Origin: Candidatus Daviesbacteria bacterium
GTDB lineage: Bacteria; Patescibacteriota; Microgenomatia; Daviesbacterales; UBA10151
Direction: 5' to 3'
DNA length: 64,000 bases
NCBI GenBank assembly: GCA_030699125.1
Contig: JAUYKM010000009.1
Coordinates: 108,647 to 172,646, forward strand
Positions 49,828 to 58,876 of the stretch are shown here, one piece after another. Every line of letters starts with the position of its first letter. The stretch's first letter is position 1. The translations under genes and the position numbers were made by a program. A model generated the notes under the pieces. It was not told the DNA's origin. It did not search any database and worked only from the letters and a program-made list of their open reading frames with translations.

Positions 49828-51156
49828 ATGGACGAGAAAAAAATTGCTATATTTGGGGTAGGCAGAGTAGGACTTCCGCTTGCTTTAGTTTTGGCTGATA
49901 AAGGATTTCAAGTTACGGGAATTGATGTTGATCCCTATAGAATTTCTCTTTTGAAACACAAAATCATGCCTTTTTTGGAAGAAGGGGCACAACCTCTTTT
50001 AGAAAAACATTCTGGTAAAAACTTTCAGATTTTTTCCCAACAACATTTAGATAGGGTAGTATCTGAGAACGATATAATAATTTTAACTTTAGGTACTCCC
50101 ATTGATGATACCTACAGTCCTGACTTTGGTGGAATAGAGGATTTATTAAGAAGTATGGCACCTTCAATAAAGAATGACCATCTAATTATTTTTAGAAGCA
50201 CTTTATCCCCTGGAGCTACTGAACAATTAGCAAGGCAGTTAGAAGAACAGACAAAACTAGAAGTTGGGAAAAATTTATTTATTGTTTATTGCCCGGAAAG
50301 AATTGCTGAGGGAAAATCAGTTGAGGAGTTGGGACAAATCCCTCAAATAATTGGTAGCTTGGATGATGTAAGTGCCAAAAAAGCAGCGGAAGTTTTTGAA
50401 AAAATTGCTCCCAAAATTTTATTTACTAACCCCCGTTCTGCCGAACTTGCCAAATTATTTTGCAATATGTATCGCTATATTGATTTTGCCATCGGGAATG
50501 AATTCATGATGATTGCAGAAGATTATGGATGTGATATTTATGAAGTTTTAAATTTAGTTAATAATGACTATAAAAGGGCTGGGTTAAAAGCTCCCGGCTT
50601 GACTGCGGGTCCGTGTCTTGTTAAGGACGGCTTTTTCCTGATAGATAAGAGCCCTTTTATGGAACTGGTCACGGCAGCATGGAGACTTAATGAGAATATT
50701 CCAGGATATTTACTTTCCAAAATTAAGTCGGAAATTAAGGATTTACACAAGAAGAAAGTGGCTATTTTAGGTTTGGCATTTAAGAAAAATATTGATGATA
50801 TCCGCTATTCTCTTTCTCCAAAAATGCAAAGATATTTTTTAGCAGAAGGGGCAGATGTTTCTGTTTCGGATCCTTTTATAGATTCTAAACCAATCGAGGG
50901 TGCTCTAAAAGGGACAAATATCTTGGTGATTGGTATAAATCATGATATTTATAAAAATTTGGATTTTGGTTATTTAAAAAAATTGGTCTCTGATGATTGT
51001 TTGGTCTGTGATATCTGGAATATCTTTAACACCGGAAAAATCATCTTTTATTTAAAAGATGTGGTTGCTAAATCAGAGGATGGGATTCGATCAAATGGGG
51101 AGGTTAGACCATATAGTAAAAAAAGGAAGGCGGAACGCCCTGGATTAGGTGTATGA
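49828..51156 (+). CDS. Nucleotide-sugar dehydrogenase (UDP-glucose/GDP-mannose DH family, WecC-like)
   Basis: GVGRVGLP, GTP, RST..PG, CPERIAEG, AELAKLF.N, GPCLVKD, LGLAFKKNIDD.R.S. Confidence 0.9.
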   Translation: MDEKKIAIFGVGRVGLPLALVLADKGFQVTGIDVDPYRISLLKHKIMPFLEEGAQPLLEKHSGKNFQIFSQQHLDRVVSENDIIILTLGTPIDDTYSPDFGGIEDLLRSMAPSIKNDHLIIFRSTLSPGATEQLARQLEEQTKLEVGKNLFIVYCPERIAEGKSVEELGQIPQIIGSLDDVSAKKAAEVFEKIAPKILFTNPRSAELAKLFCNMYRYIDFAIGNEFMMIAEDYGCDIYEVLNLVNNDYKRAGLKAPGLTAGPCLVKDGFFLIDKSPFMELVTAAWRLNENIPGYLLSKIKSEIKDLHKKKVAILGLAFKKNIDDIRYSLSPKMQRYFLAEGADVSVSDPFIDSKPIEGALKGTNILVIGINHDIYKNLDFGYLKKLVSDDCLVCDIWNIFNTGKIIFYLKDVVAKSEDGIRSNGEVRPYSKKRKAERPGLGV

Positions 51157-52109
51157 AGACAAAGATACTGGTGACAGGTGGGGCGGGATTTATTGGTAGT
51201 GAGGTTGTAAAACAACTTATTGAAAGAGGGTACCAAGTCAGAGTAGCTGATGATTTATCAAAAAAAGAGGCTAAAGTCCCTAAAGAATGTGAGTTCTTGA
51301 AGCTTGATTTGACTAAAAAAGAAGCAGCGTTACGGGCAATGGAAGGGATAGATTATTGCATACATTTGGCAGCCAAAATTGGCGGGATTGGCTATTTTCA
51401 TAAATATCCAGCAACAATACTTTCCGAAAATAATAAAATGTACTCTGCTGTGTTTGAAGCAGCGGTTGCCAAAAAAATAAAAAGAATTATTTATTTATCC
51501 TCATCCATGGTTTTTGAATCAACTAATAGATTTCCCAGTAAAGAGAGTGATTTGGATAAAATTCCCCCTCCGGTCTCAAGTTATGGTTTCTCCAAATTAG
51601 TGGGGGAGTGGTACTGCAGAGCTTTTAGAGACGAATATGGACTCCCTTACACCATCATAAGACCCTTTAATGCTTATGGCATAAATGAAGCTCCAGGAGA
51701 AGAGATAGGTTATGCTCATGTTATCCCGGATTTAATAAAAAAAATATTGTCTGGCCAATATCCGCTGGAACTTTTAGGAAATGGAAGGCAAACCAGATGT
51801 TTTACTCATGTTTCAGATATTACTAGGGGAATAATACTGGCCATGGAATCTGATAAAGCAATTAATGATGATTTCAATATTGGCTCGGAGAAAGAAATGA
51901 GGATGCTAGATTTAGCAGAGCTACTCTGGCGAAAATGTAATGCAGACAAACCATTTAAAGTTAAATATGTAAAAGGCTTTAAATACGATATTAAAAGAAG
52001 AGTACCATCCTCAAAAAAAACAAAAAAAATATTGAAATGGGAACCCAAAAAGAAATTTGAGCAAGAGTTACCGGAAATTATTAATTGGATTAGTCATAGT
52101 ATTTCTTAA
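51153..52109 (+). CDS. NAD-dependent epimerase/dehydratase (extended SDR)
   Basis: TGGAGFIG, HLAA, SSS, YGFSK, RPFNAYG, G.QTRCF. Confidence 0.9.
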   Translation: MKTKILVTGGAGFIGSEVVKQLIERGYQVRVADDLSKKEAKVPKECEFLKLDLTKKEAALRAMEGIDYCIHLAAKIGGIGYFHKYPATILSENNKMYSAVFEAAVAKKIKRIIYLSSSMVFESTNRFPSKESDLDKIPPPVSSYGFSKLVGEWYCRAFRDEYGLPYTIIRPFNAYGINEAPGEEIGYAHVIPDLIKKILSGQYPLELLGNGRQTRCFTHVSDITRGIILAMESDKAINDDFNIGSEKEMRMLDLAELLWRKCNADKPFKVKYVKGFKYDIKRRVPSSKKTKKILKWEPKKKFEQELPEIINWISHSIS

Positions 52110-52839
52110 AATTGTTTAATCTAATCCTTAAAAGATCATATAAAGATGTAATAATATCGTGAGGCAGTTTCACCTTAGTATTTGAGTCATCTCTCCAGGT
52201 TACCGGCATCTCTTTTATATTAAAACCCCTTTTCTTGCCTATAAAAAGTATTTCCGAATCAAAACCCCAACGATCAATCCTTTGCCTTCTAAAAATTTCC
52301 TCGGCTGCTTTTTTTGAAAAGCATTTGAATCCACAAGTAAAATCCAATAGATTAAGGCCCAAGAAAATTTGAGATAACTTTGTAAATCCTTTACCTAATT
52401 TCTCGCGAATTTTCGGCTGATGCATCAATAATTTTGCCCCTCTTTTTTTCCTTGAGCCAATCAAAATATCAAACTTTTTAAGATGCGGAAGGTAATTATC
52501 AAATTCTTCAATCGGTGTAGAAAAATCAATATCTGTGAAAAGCCGGTAATCGCCTTTTGCTTTAAGCATACCGGTTTTGATTGCAAATCCCTTGCCCTTA
52601 TTCATTTGATAAGAAATTAGTTCGAAAAAATGATGAGGAGGTAGTTGCTTCAATATTTTTCTGATTAATTTTAAACTTTCATCTGTACTGCCATCATTTA
52701 CGAGAATAACTTCAGTTGAGAACTTTTTTTGTCTCAAATAATGAAAAAGTAAGGAGAGATTAGCAATTCTTCCCCCTTCGTTATAAAAGGGAATAATAAT
52801 AGATAAAAAAGGAATATCAATTTTTTTTCTTCTCTTCAT
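52090..52839 (-). CDS. GT2 dolichyl-phosphate beta-glucosyltransferase-like
   Basis: IIIPFYNE, NDGSTD, NKGKGFA, FTDID.STP, D.TCGFK.F, WGFD.E, PV.W. Confidence 0.85.
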   Translation of the reverse strand: MKRRKKIDIPFLSIIIPFYNEGGRIANLSLLFHYLRQKKFSTEVILVNDGSTDESLKLIRKILKQLPPHHFFELISYQMNKGKGFAIKTGMLKAKGDYRLFTDIDFSTPIEEFDNYLPHLKKFDILIGSRKKRGAKLLMHQPKIREKLGKGFTKLSQIFLGLNLLDFTCGFKCFSKKAAEEIFRRQRIDRWGFDSEILFIGKKRGFNIKEMPVTWRDDSNTKVKLPHDIITSLYDLLRIRLNNFKKYYD

Positions 52840-53561
52840 TCTTTCTTTGCAATAGCGATAATTGAGGTGCCGAAAGGGATAGTAAAGTGTTTTGCAAGAT
52901 AAAATTCACCGCTTGCCATAAGATTTAATAATGCATTAAAGAATGGATTTGACAATCTAAAATCTGATGGGTAGTTGTTTTTAAAGAACATCCCTTTGAT
53001 CTTACGGATAATTAGTGATGGTATGACTAAAAAGGAATAAAGGTAGGTTACCTTTAGGGGGTGTAAATTAGTATTCTCTAGGGTTCTGATTAAGTTTTCT
53101 TTGGTATACCTTCTCTTATGAAATAGAACTTCATCCCATCTACTCCAGAGCCATGAGAAAGCTGGAACCGTAATAATAATTATGCCATCCTTTTTTAAAA
53201 TTCTTTGCATCTCTTTTAAAGTTTTATTATCATCAGTATGCTCCAATACATCAAGTAGAGTAATAACATCAAAATTATCAGGACTTAGATTTGTTTTTTT
53301 AGCATCCCCGACGAGAACATTTTTCAATCCCCTCATCTTACAATATTTAATAGCGTCAATTGATTGGTCAAGCCCCCAAACTTTGCCAATTTTTTGAAGA
53401 CCTTCCATATTTTTACCCGTCCCACAACCAACATCTAAAATTTTTGGATTTTTAATCTTAATATATGTTTTAATCATATTTTGTACTATTTTCCTTTTTG
53501 AAATATGCCACCAATGTATATCTTCTAACTCGTATAGATCTTGATATAAGTAGGACTTCAT
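52836..53561 (-). CDS. Class I SAM-dependent methyltransferase
   Basis: LEDIHWW, ILDVGCGTG, DVLEH, TVPAF..LWS.WD...H.RRY. Likely start is ATG 53561, which avoids overlapping the divergent gene. Confidence 0.85.
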   Translation of the reverse strand: MKSYLYQDLYELEDIHWWHISKRKIVQNMIKTYIKIKNPKILDVGCGTGKNMEGLQKIGKVWGLDQSIDAIKYCKMRGLKNVLVGDAKKTNLSPDNFDVITLLDVLEHTDDNKTLKEMQRILKKDGIIIITVPAFSWLWSRWDEVLFHKRRYTKENLIRTLENTNLHPLKVTYLYSFLVIPSLIIRKIKGMFFKNNYPSDFRLSNPFFNALLNLMASGEFYLAKHFTIPFGTSIIAIAKKE

Positions 53562-53604
53562 AGTATGATGAATTTTGAGAATAATAACATACCAAACATA
53601 AATA

Positions 53605-54111
53605 ATGAAAAGATTAGTATATTTTCTCGCCATCAATTTTTTAATTATACCCTCAATTTTAGTTGCCATTACGCCTAATGTGGTTTATGCGGATGAGATT
53701 GAGGATTTAAAACTGGAGAAGCAACTGGTCAATCCTGACTCTTTCTATTACCCTGCTAAGAGATATATTGAGAATCTACAAAATATGTTTATGTTTTCTA
53801 AAGATAGTAAAGTAAATTTACATAAAAATCTTCTTAAAAAAAGAGCCTCTGAATTAAAGTATATTGTAGAAGATAGGGTTTTATCGGAACTAGAAAGAGG
53901 TTCACAAAGATTTGCTTATCAAGCAGGGATCTTAGTTGAGGAAGCAGAAAAAGATTACACCGAACAAGGTAAGAAGGAAATTAAGGATCAGTTCAGCAAA
54001 TATAAAAAATTACTCGATCAATTGAGAGAAAATTTTAAAGCTAACTCAAGTTTTTGGATGCTAATTCAACAGGATATAGATACACTTGATATACTTTCCG
54101 AAAAGATTTAA
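53605..54111 (+). CDS. Secreted helical protein, DUF5667-like
   Basis: Signal peptide ending VYA; NPDSFYYPAKR..E...KRASEL pattern. Confidence 0.55.
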   Translation: MKRLVYFLAINFLIIPSILVAITPNVVYADEIEDLKLEKQLVNPDSFYYPAKRYIENLQNMFMFSKDSKVNLHKNLLKKRASELKYIVEDRVLSELERGSQRFAYQAGILVEEAEKDYTEQGKKEIKDQFSKYKKLLDQLRENFKANSSFWMLIQQDIDTLDILSEKI

Positions 54112-54114
54112 TTG

Positions 54115-54681
54115 CTATTCCAGATATACCTGGTAAACTCTAAATTTAAGCTCGAATGAAGGATCATAGTTGCTTAAACCAAAAGCTGCTGTTTCATAGT
54201 CTCCCGAAATCCAATTTAGCTTTCTTTCCACAACATCTAGATCTTGGGTTAATAGAACAGTCTTATTAGTATCTTCAGAGCCTATATGGATAGGCTGCCC
54301 ACCAGGACCCCATCCTTTTCTGTAGATTGACAAGAATATATCAAGGGGTTGATTTACACTAATAAGTGCCTTCAGGTTATGTGCCCTATACAATATATAT
54401 TGGGAAATCTCTCCCCTACATTCAATTAAAGGAGTATAAGGAGTTTTGTCCAGATTGATAAAAGTAAATTCTATATAGTTATCCGAGGTAACTAGACCGT
54501 ATTCAGGTACGACTCTACTGGGAAATAGTCTAGTATACTGCCATATAGTGGGATTAGGAATGGCGCATATATGGTAATTGATATTTAAGGGTGCAGGTTT
54601 TATTGGGTCTCCTGTTCTATAGATTATATACAAAAAAAAGAAAACTAAAAGAAAGATAGCAGTATACTTTATGGTTTTCAT
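54115..54681 (-). CDS. Membrane-anchored hypothetical protein (paralog B)
   Basis: 188 aa with one N-terminal TM; shares many motifs with the 54689 gene. Confidence 0.7.
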   Translation of the reverse strand: MKTIKYTAIFLLVFFFLYIIYRTGDPIKPAPLNINYHICAIPNPTIWQYTRLFPSRVVPEYGLVTSDNYIEFTFINLDKTPYTPLIECRGEISQYILYRAHNLKALISVNQPLDIFLSIYRKGWGPGGQPIHIGSEDTNKTVLLTQDLDVVERKLNWISGDYETAAFGLSNYDPSFELKFRVYQVYLE

Positions 54682-54688
54682 TAAAATA

Positions 54689-55294
54689 CTAGTCTAAAAA
54701 GACCGAATATATAGTTATGATTAAATCTTTATTTTCATCAAATTCCTTTGCTCCGATTGATACTGCTTCATAATCTCCAGAGAGCCAATTAAGCCGTTTC
54801 TCCTGTTCGACCTGTCCGCTATCAATTTGCCAATCTAATGTTATGATATTATTAATTTCATCAGTACCAATATCCTGGGGTTGCCAACCGGGTCCCTGGC
54901 CTACTCTATGTATACCGATATCAAACTTTATAGGTTGATTAACCTCCATTTTGATGTTAATTGTTTTAGCGCGGAATAATATTTCTTTTGGGATTCTCTT
55001 TTTGCACTGTATCATGAAATGAGTAGTATCCTTGTAGGTAAACTGGATATGTGATTCCACTTCATCATTAAAAGATTTGGTACTAGAGATCAGGAAAGGT
55101 TTTTTTATTACGTCAACCCAAGAGTTAATATCATTAAGGTCACAAGCGTAAAACCGCTCAGTTAACCGTTGTGGTTTAATTGGGTTGGCAGTAACAAATA
55201 TCGTCCATGTAAACACTATAGTAATTATAATTACTAATAGTTTATTAATTAAGTGAAACCTATTTATTTTCAGTATGCGACTCAAGTACATCAT
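54689..55294 (-). CDS. Membrane-anchored hypothetical protein (paralog A)
   Basis: 201 aa with one N-terminal TM; PIKP, VNQP, GPGWQP and LNWLSGDYE are shared with the 54115 gene. Confidence 0.7.
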   Translation of the reverse strand: MMYLSRILKINRFHLINKLLVIIITIVFTWTIFVTANPIKPQRLTERFYACDLNDINSWVDVIKKPFLISSTKSFNDEVESHIQFTYKDTTHFMIQCKKRIPKEILFRAKTINIKMEVNQPIKFDIGIHRVGQGPGWQPQDIGTDEINNIITLDWQIDSGQVEQEKRLNWLSGDYEAVSIGAKEFDENKDLIITIYSVFLD

Positions 55295-57068
55295 CTTTTA
55301 TATCAATAAGCTTTGTGCCCTCAATACGAAATGCAAAAAATGAATTAGTGGCAATAAGATCTTCTTTCTCTTCATTAAGGATATTATTGATGTCTTCTCT
55401 ATTAAATATAAAGTTTACCTGAGGCGGATTATTTATTTCTCCTAAATGTATAGGTACTCTCCTTTTAAATACTGCATTTGCTATTTTTTCATCAAAATCC
55501 TTATCAAGCTCTAAATAAATATAAGTTACTTCTTCCTTTGCCAGGAGCTGAGAAATAGTAGGCTCAAGCATAATCCATACAGAGTCATACTTAGAAGCAT
55601 TAATATTATGACCTTCTTGTATCAGAAATTCTCTTGTCGAAATTGCCTGAATAAATATGAGCCACAAACCGATTACAATAAGAAAGAAACTAAAAACAAT
55701 TGAAGTGAAATAACTAAAAAGGGACGATAATTGGAATAAATTTCTTTTTACTTGCAGTAGACGATCTTTAATTGAATAAAAACAAATGGCAAGTACCGAA
55801 CCTATTAGCATACCCATACCTATACTTGGAACAGTGTAATAACGATGTATATAGGTAAATGCTGATTGATCATTTCCTGAAACTTCTGGAGATATTAACC
55901 ATGGTATCAAAAGATTAGCAAGCACAATGCCACTACCCAAAAGGCCTATTTGAGAAATTTCTTTAAACCGATTCCAATATTTAATAAGTACTAGATTTGA
56001 TAGGAGGAAAAAAGTACCGCCAAACTGAGTAATTGGTATCCAAACGGCTTGCCAACCTTCAAGATTTTTTAAGGAATAACCTACCAGAGGCGAGAAGATC
56101 ACTACTGGGATTGATAAAAACACCAGTAAAAACTTCCTTTTTAAAAAGAGATTAAATGAGAAGAGTATCGCAAATAAGGGGATAATCTGTGGTAAGTTTT
56201 GTATCAGGGTAGTGCTTATATAGCCATAATTTACAGAGAATGGTGAGATAATTAGGTTGCTGATAAAAAACCATAAGGAAAGTATAACTGGAGGATACCC
56301 TGTAAAAAGGGCCAGCAATAAAATGGACGGAGAGACTCTTTTATATGATAATTCAGGGGTAGAACTTAATGTACCGGTTATAAAGATAAGCAAAAAAATG
56401 ACAGCGATAAGGGTAAGAAAGTGATAAACTCTGATTCTCCTACCCCTCTCTTTATAATTTTTGAAAAACCAATAAAATTCTCCTGCAAAAGTCAAAAGAA
56501 CAGTACCTACCAATCTTACAGGATGAGTAAGAACGGTTAATAAAAAAAAGGAAATTGAGCCTATAAGTGTTTTTCTGGTGGGGTGTTGGTGAAATTGAAA
56601 CCACTTTCCCAAAAAAAATGAAAAAACTATTATTGCTGTATATATTTGAAAAAGAGATACTCGAGTAGTTGACTGAATTCCTGCAGTATTAATTCCAAAA
56701 AAGAGTGCAGCAATAGAGGCTGTTATTCTATTTTTTGACCATTTAACAACAAAATAATATATCGATATAACAGCTAAAATTCTCAAGACCACATTTAAAA
56801 TAAAATAATATTTAGAGTTAAAATCAAAAAAGCGGTAGGCAATAGCTAAAGAGGTAAATTGAGTACCATATTGATGAAAATAATAAAGAGGTGAAGGATG
56901 CAGAAAGCTCACATTTCTGCCAAAATGCCCCTCACCTTTAACAATGCTTAAATCCTCATGACTTGGATCAGGAAGGATATGAAAGAGTGCAGGATATAAA
57001 ACAATAAAAGTCACTATGACTACAAATAGGATAGGTAAAAATGATAAAAAATTATGTTTAAAGGTCAT
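55260..57068 (-). CDS. Polytopic GT-C-like membrane protein
   Basis: 602 aa. HED loop after TM1, Y...NV.LRI.A, HPVR, HRYY.VP..G; similar to the 61483 gene. Confidence 0.55.
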   Translation of the reverse strand: MTFKHNFLSFLPILFVVIVTFIVLYPALFHILPDPSHEDLSIVKGEGHFGRNVSFLHPSPLYYFHQYGTQFTSLAIAYRFFDFNSKYYFILNVVLRILAVISIYYFVVKWSKNRITASIAALFFGINTAGIQSTTRVSLFQIYTAIIVFSFFLGKWFQFHQHPTRKTLIGSISFFLLTVLTHPVRLVGTVLLTFAGEFYWFFKNYKERGRRIRVYHFLTLIAVIFLLIFITGTLSSTPELSYKRVSPSILLLALFTGYPPVILSLWFFISNLIISPFSVNYGYISTTLIQNLPQIIPLFAILFSFNLFLKRKFLLVFLSIPVVIFSPLVGYSLKNLEGWQAVWIPITQFGGTFFLLSNLVLIKYWNRFKEISQIGLLGSGIVLANLLIPWLISPEVSGNDQSAFTYIHRYYTVPSIGMGMLIGSVLAICFYSIKDRLLQVKRNLFQLSSLFSYFTSIVFSFFLIVIGLWLIFIQAISTREFLIQEGHNINASKYDSVWIMLEPTISQLLAKEEVTYIYLELDKDFDEKIANAVFKRRVPIHLGEINNPPQVNFIFNREDINNILNEEKEDLIATNSFFAFRIEGTKLIDIKDDVLESHTENK

Positions 57069-57757
57069 TTTAGATAGTAACGTAATTTTAGCATATCAAT
57101 CATTGCTCCGATGATGGATTTTAAATGTGCTCCAGTTGCTTTGCCGCCTTTACGGGGAAAATAACTTATAGGCACAGATACTATCTTAAAGCCTAACAGC
57201 TGAGCTCTGATTATTCTTTCGGCTTCAGAAAAAACACTCTTAGAGATTGGTGTAGTTTTTTTTAAAACCTCCATTTTATAAACTTTATTACTTCCGGCAT
57301 CATATAATTTAACACCAAACAATATCTCCGGAAGTATATTATAAATATAGCTCAGAGCTTTTCTGAAAATTCCATAGTAGACTTTCGTTCTTCTTTTTCC
57401 AATAATCAAATCATATCTCTCATCTACTTTATCAAGCATTTTCGACAGATCTTTAATAGTGTATTGACCATCAGCTGCATTTATAAACACTAATTGTTTA
57501 GATGCTTTTTTGTAAAGAAACTCCAGTCCTCCTGAAATACCTAAAGGTTTCTTTTGATGAAATATTTTTATTTTGGGGTATTTTTTAGAGTAAAAATCTA
57601 ATATTTGACCTGTTTTATCACTGCTAGCATCATCGTTTACCAAAATTTCCCAATTTCTGGTCAATTTGGATAGTACATCCAGTGATTCCTCTATAACTTT
57701 TTTTACAGAATTTTCTTCATTCTTAGCAATTATTACAGCGGAAATAGAATATGTCAT
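57065..57757 (-). CDS. GT2 DPM/ArnC-like glycosyltransferase
   Basis: AKNEE, NDDASSD, ADGQY, IIGKR, KLYD, VPISYFPR..G. Confidence 0.8.
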   Translation of the reverse strand: MTYSISAVIIAKNEENSVKKVIEESLDVLSKLTRNWEILVNDDASSDKTGQILDFYSKKYPKIKIFHQKKPLGISGGLEFLYKKASKQLVFINAADGQYTIKDLSKMLDKVDERYDLIIGKRRTKVYYGIFRKALSYIYNILPEILFGVKLYDAGSNKVYKMEVLKKTTPISKSVFSEAERIIRAQLLGFKIVSVPISYFPRKGGKATGAHLKSIIGAMIDMLKLRYYLK

Positions 57758-58791
57758 CTGTCTAGAATAATTGGTTTGTTTTTTTGAATAGATTCATCAC
57801 AAGCCTCAAGTAAAGAAATAATCTCAATATTCATTTTGGCATTTTCATAACTAATTTTTTTGTTCAAGATCTGCTTGATTACCTCATCTATTTCCACATA
57901 TAATGCTTCTTCGTTTTCCAATTTTGGGATAACTATTTTTCCACTTCGATAAATTGGTTTAAAAGGAGTTACAGTATTTGTAGGCAAGCTGATACCTCTA
58001 TCATAGATTTTAACTTTTTCATCCGGTTCTACATCATCATAAAAAATCATTTTCTTTGTCCCCCCTATTAAAATAGTTCTAAGCTTAACCGGAGAGATCC
58101 AAGAAACATGAATATGAGCTATAAAATTATTTGAATAGTTTATGGTGATATGAGCCATTTCTTCTCTGGTATTATCCCCATGATGTTTAGAACCCGTACA
58201 GAAAATTTTAGTGGGTTTAAGGTTGAAGCAATAAATCAATATAGCCAGATCATGAGGAACCAAATCCCAAATAACGTTAATATCCTGCTGGATAAGTCCC
58301 AAGTTTGATCTGGTTGAATCATAATATAGAGGTTCCCCTAGTAGTGATCGATTTTGAGTAAGATCTTTAATGGCTTTGATTGCTCCCGTATACAAATAAG
58401 TTAGGTCACAATGCAGCAGAAGTCCTTTCTTTTGTGCTAAATTTATTAGTTTTTTTGCATCTTGAGACTTGGTGGCTAATGGTTTTGCCACTATTATGTG
58501 TTTATTAGCTTTTAGGGCATTATAAGCAATCTGAAAATGAGTTTGGGGAGGTGTTGCTATTGCCAATAGATCTATTGTTTTATCTGATAAAATATCCTGA
58601 TAATTCTTAGTTAACTTGATATTAGGATAATATTTGTTAATCTTTTTAAGAGATTCGTCAGATAAGTCACAGGCCCAAATAACTTCTGCCTGATCATGGC
58701 CCATTAGATTCCTTATAAAATTTGGACCCCAATAGCCTACCCCTATTACAGCTGTTTTTATTTTCGGAGGAAAAAACTTGCTCATTTTCAT
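57754..58791 (-). CDS. Gfo/Idh/MocA-family oxidoreductase
   Basis: IGVGYWGPN..RN, ATPP.TH, AKPLA, WDLVPHD, SWISPVK.R. Confidence 0.9.
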   Translation of the reverse strand: MKMSKFFPPKIKTAVIGVGYWGPNFIRNLMGHDQAEVIWACDLSDESLKKINKYYPNIKLTKNYQDILSDKTIDLLAIATPPQTHFQIAYNALKANKHIIVAKPLATKSQDAKKLINLAQKKGLLLHCDLTYLYTGAIKAIKDLTQNRSLLGEPLYYDSTRSNLGLIQQDINVIWDLVPHDLAILIYCFNLKPTKIFCTGSKHHGDNTREEMAHITINYSNNFIAHIHVSWISPVKLRTILIGGTKKMIFYDDVEPDEKVKIYDRGISLPTNTVTPFKPIYRSGKIVIPKLENEEALYVEIDEVIKQILNKKISYENAKMNIEIISLLEACDESIQKNKPIILDR

Positions 58792-58837
58792 ATTTATTCA
58801 AAAATTTTTACAATAATACCATAATTAGCAGAGATTA

Positions 58838-58867
58838 TTTACACAAGCTACTTGATCTTGTTAGAAT
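58838..58867 (+). promoter_or_regulatory. Putative sigma70-type promoter
   Basis: TTTACA(58838)-18 bp-TAGAAT(58862) with an extended TG; ATG lies 9 nt downstream. Confidence 0.45.
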
Positions 58868-58876
58868 AGGTTTTCA

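Noticed and set aside
53562-53669. N-terminal extension of the methyltransferase ORF
   Set aside because: It would overlap the divergent 53605 gene head to head; ATG 53561 gives a typical start.
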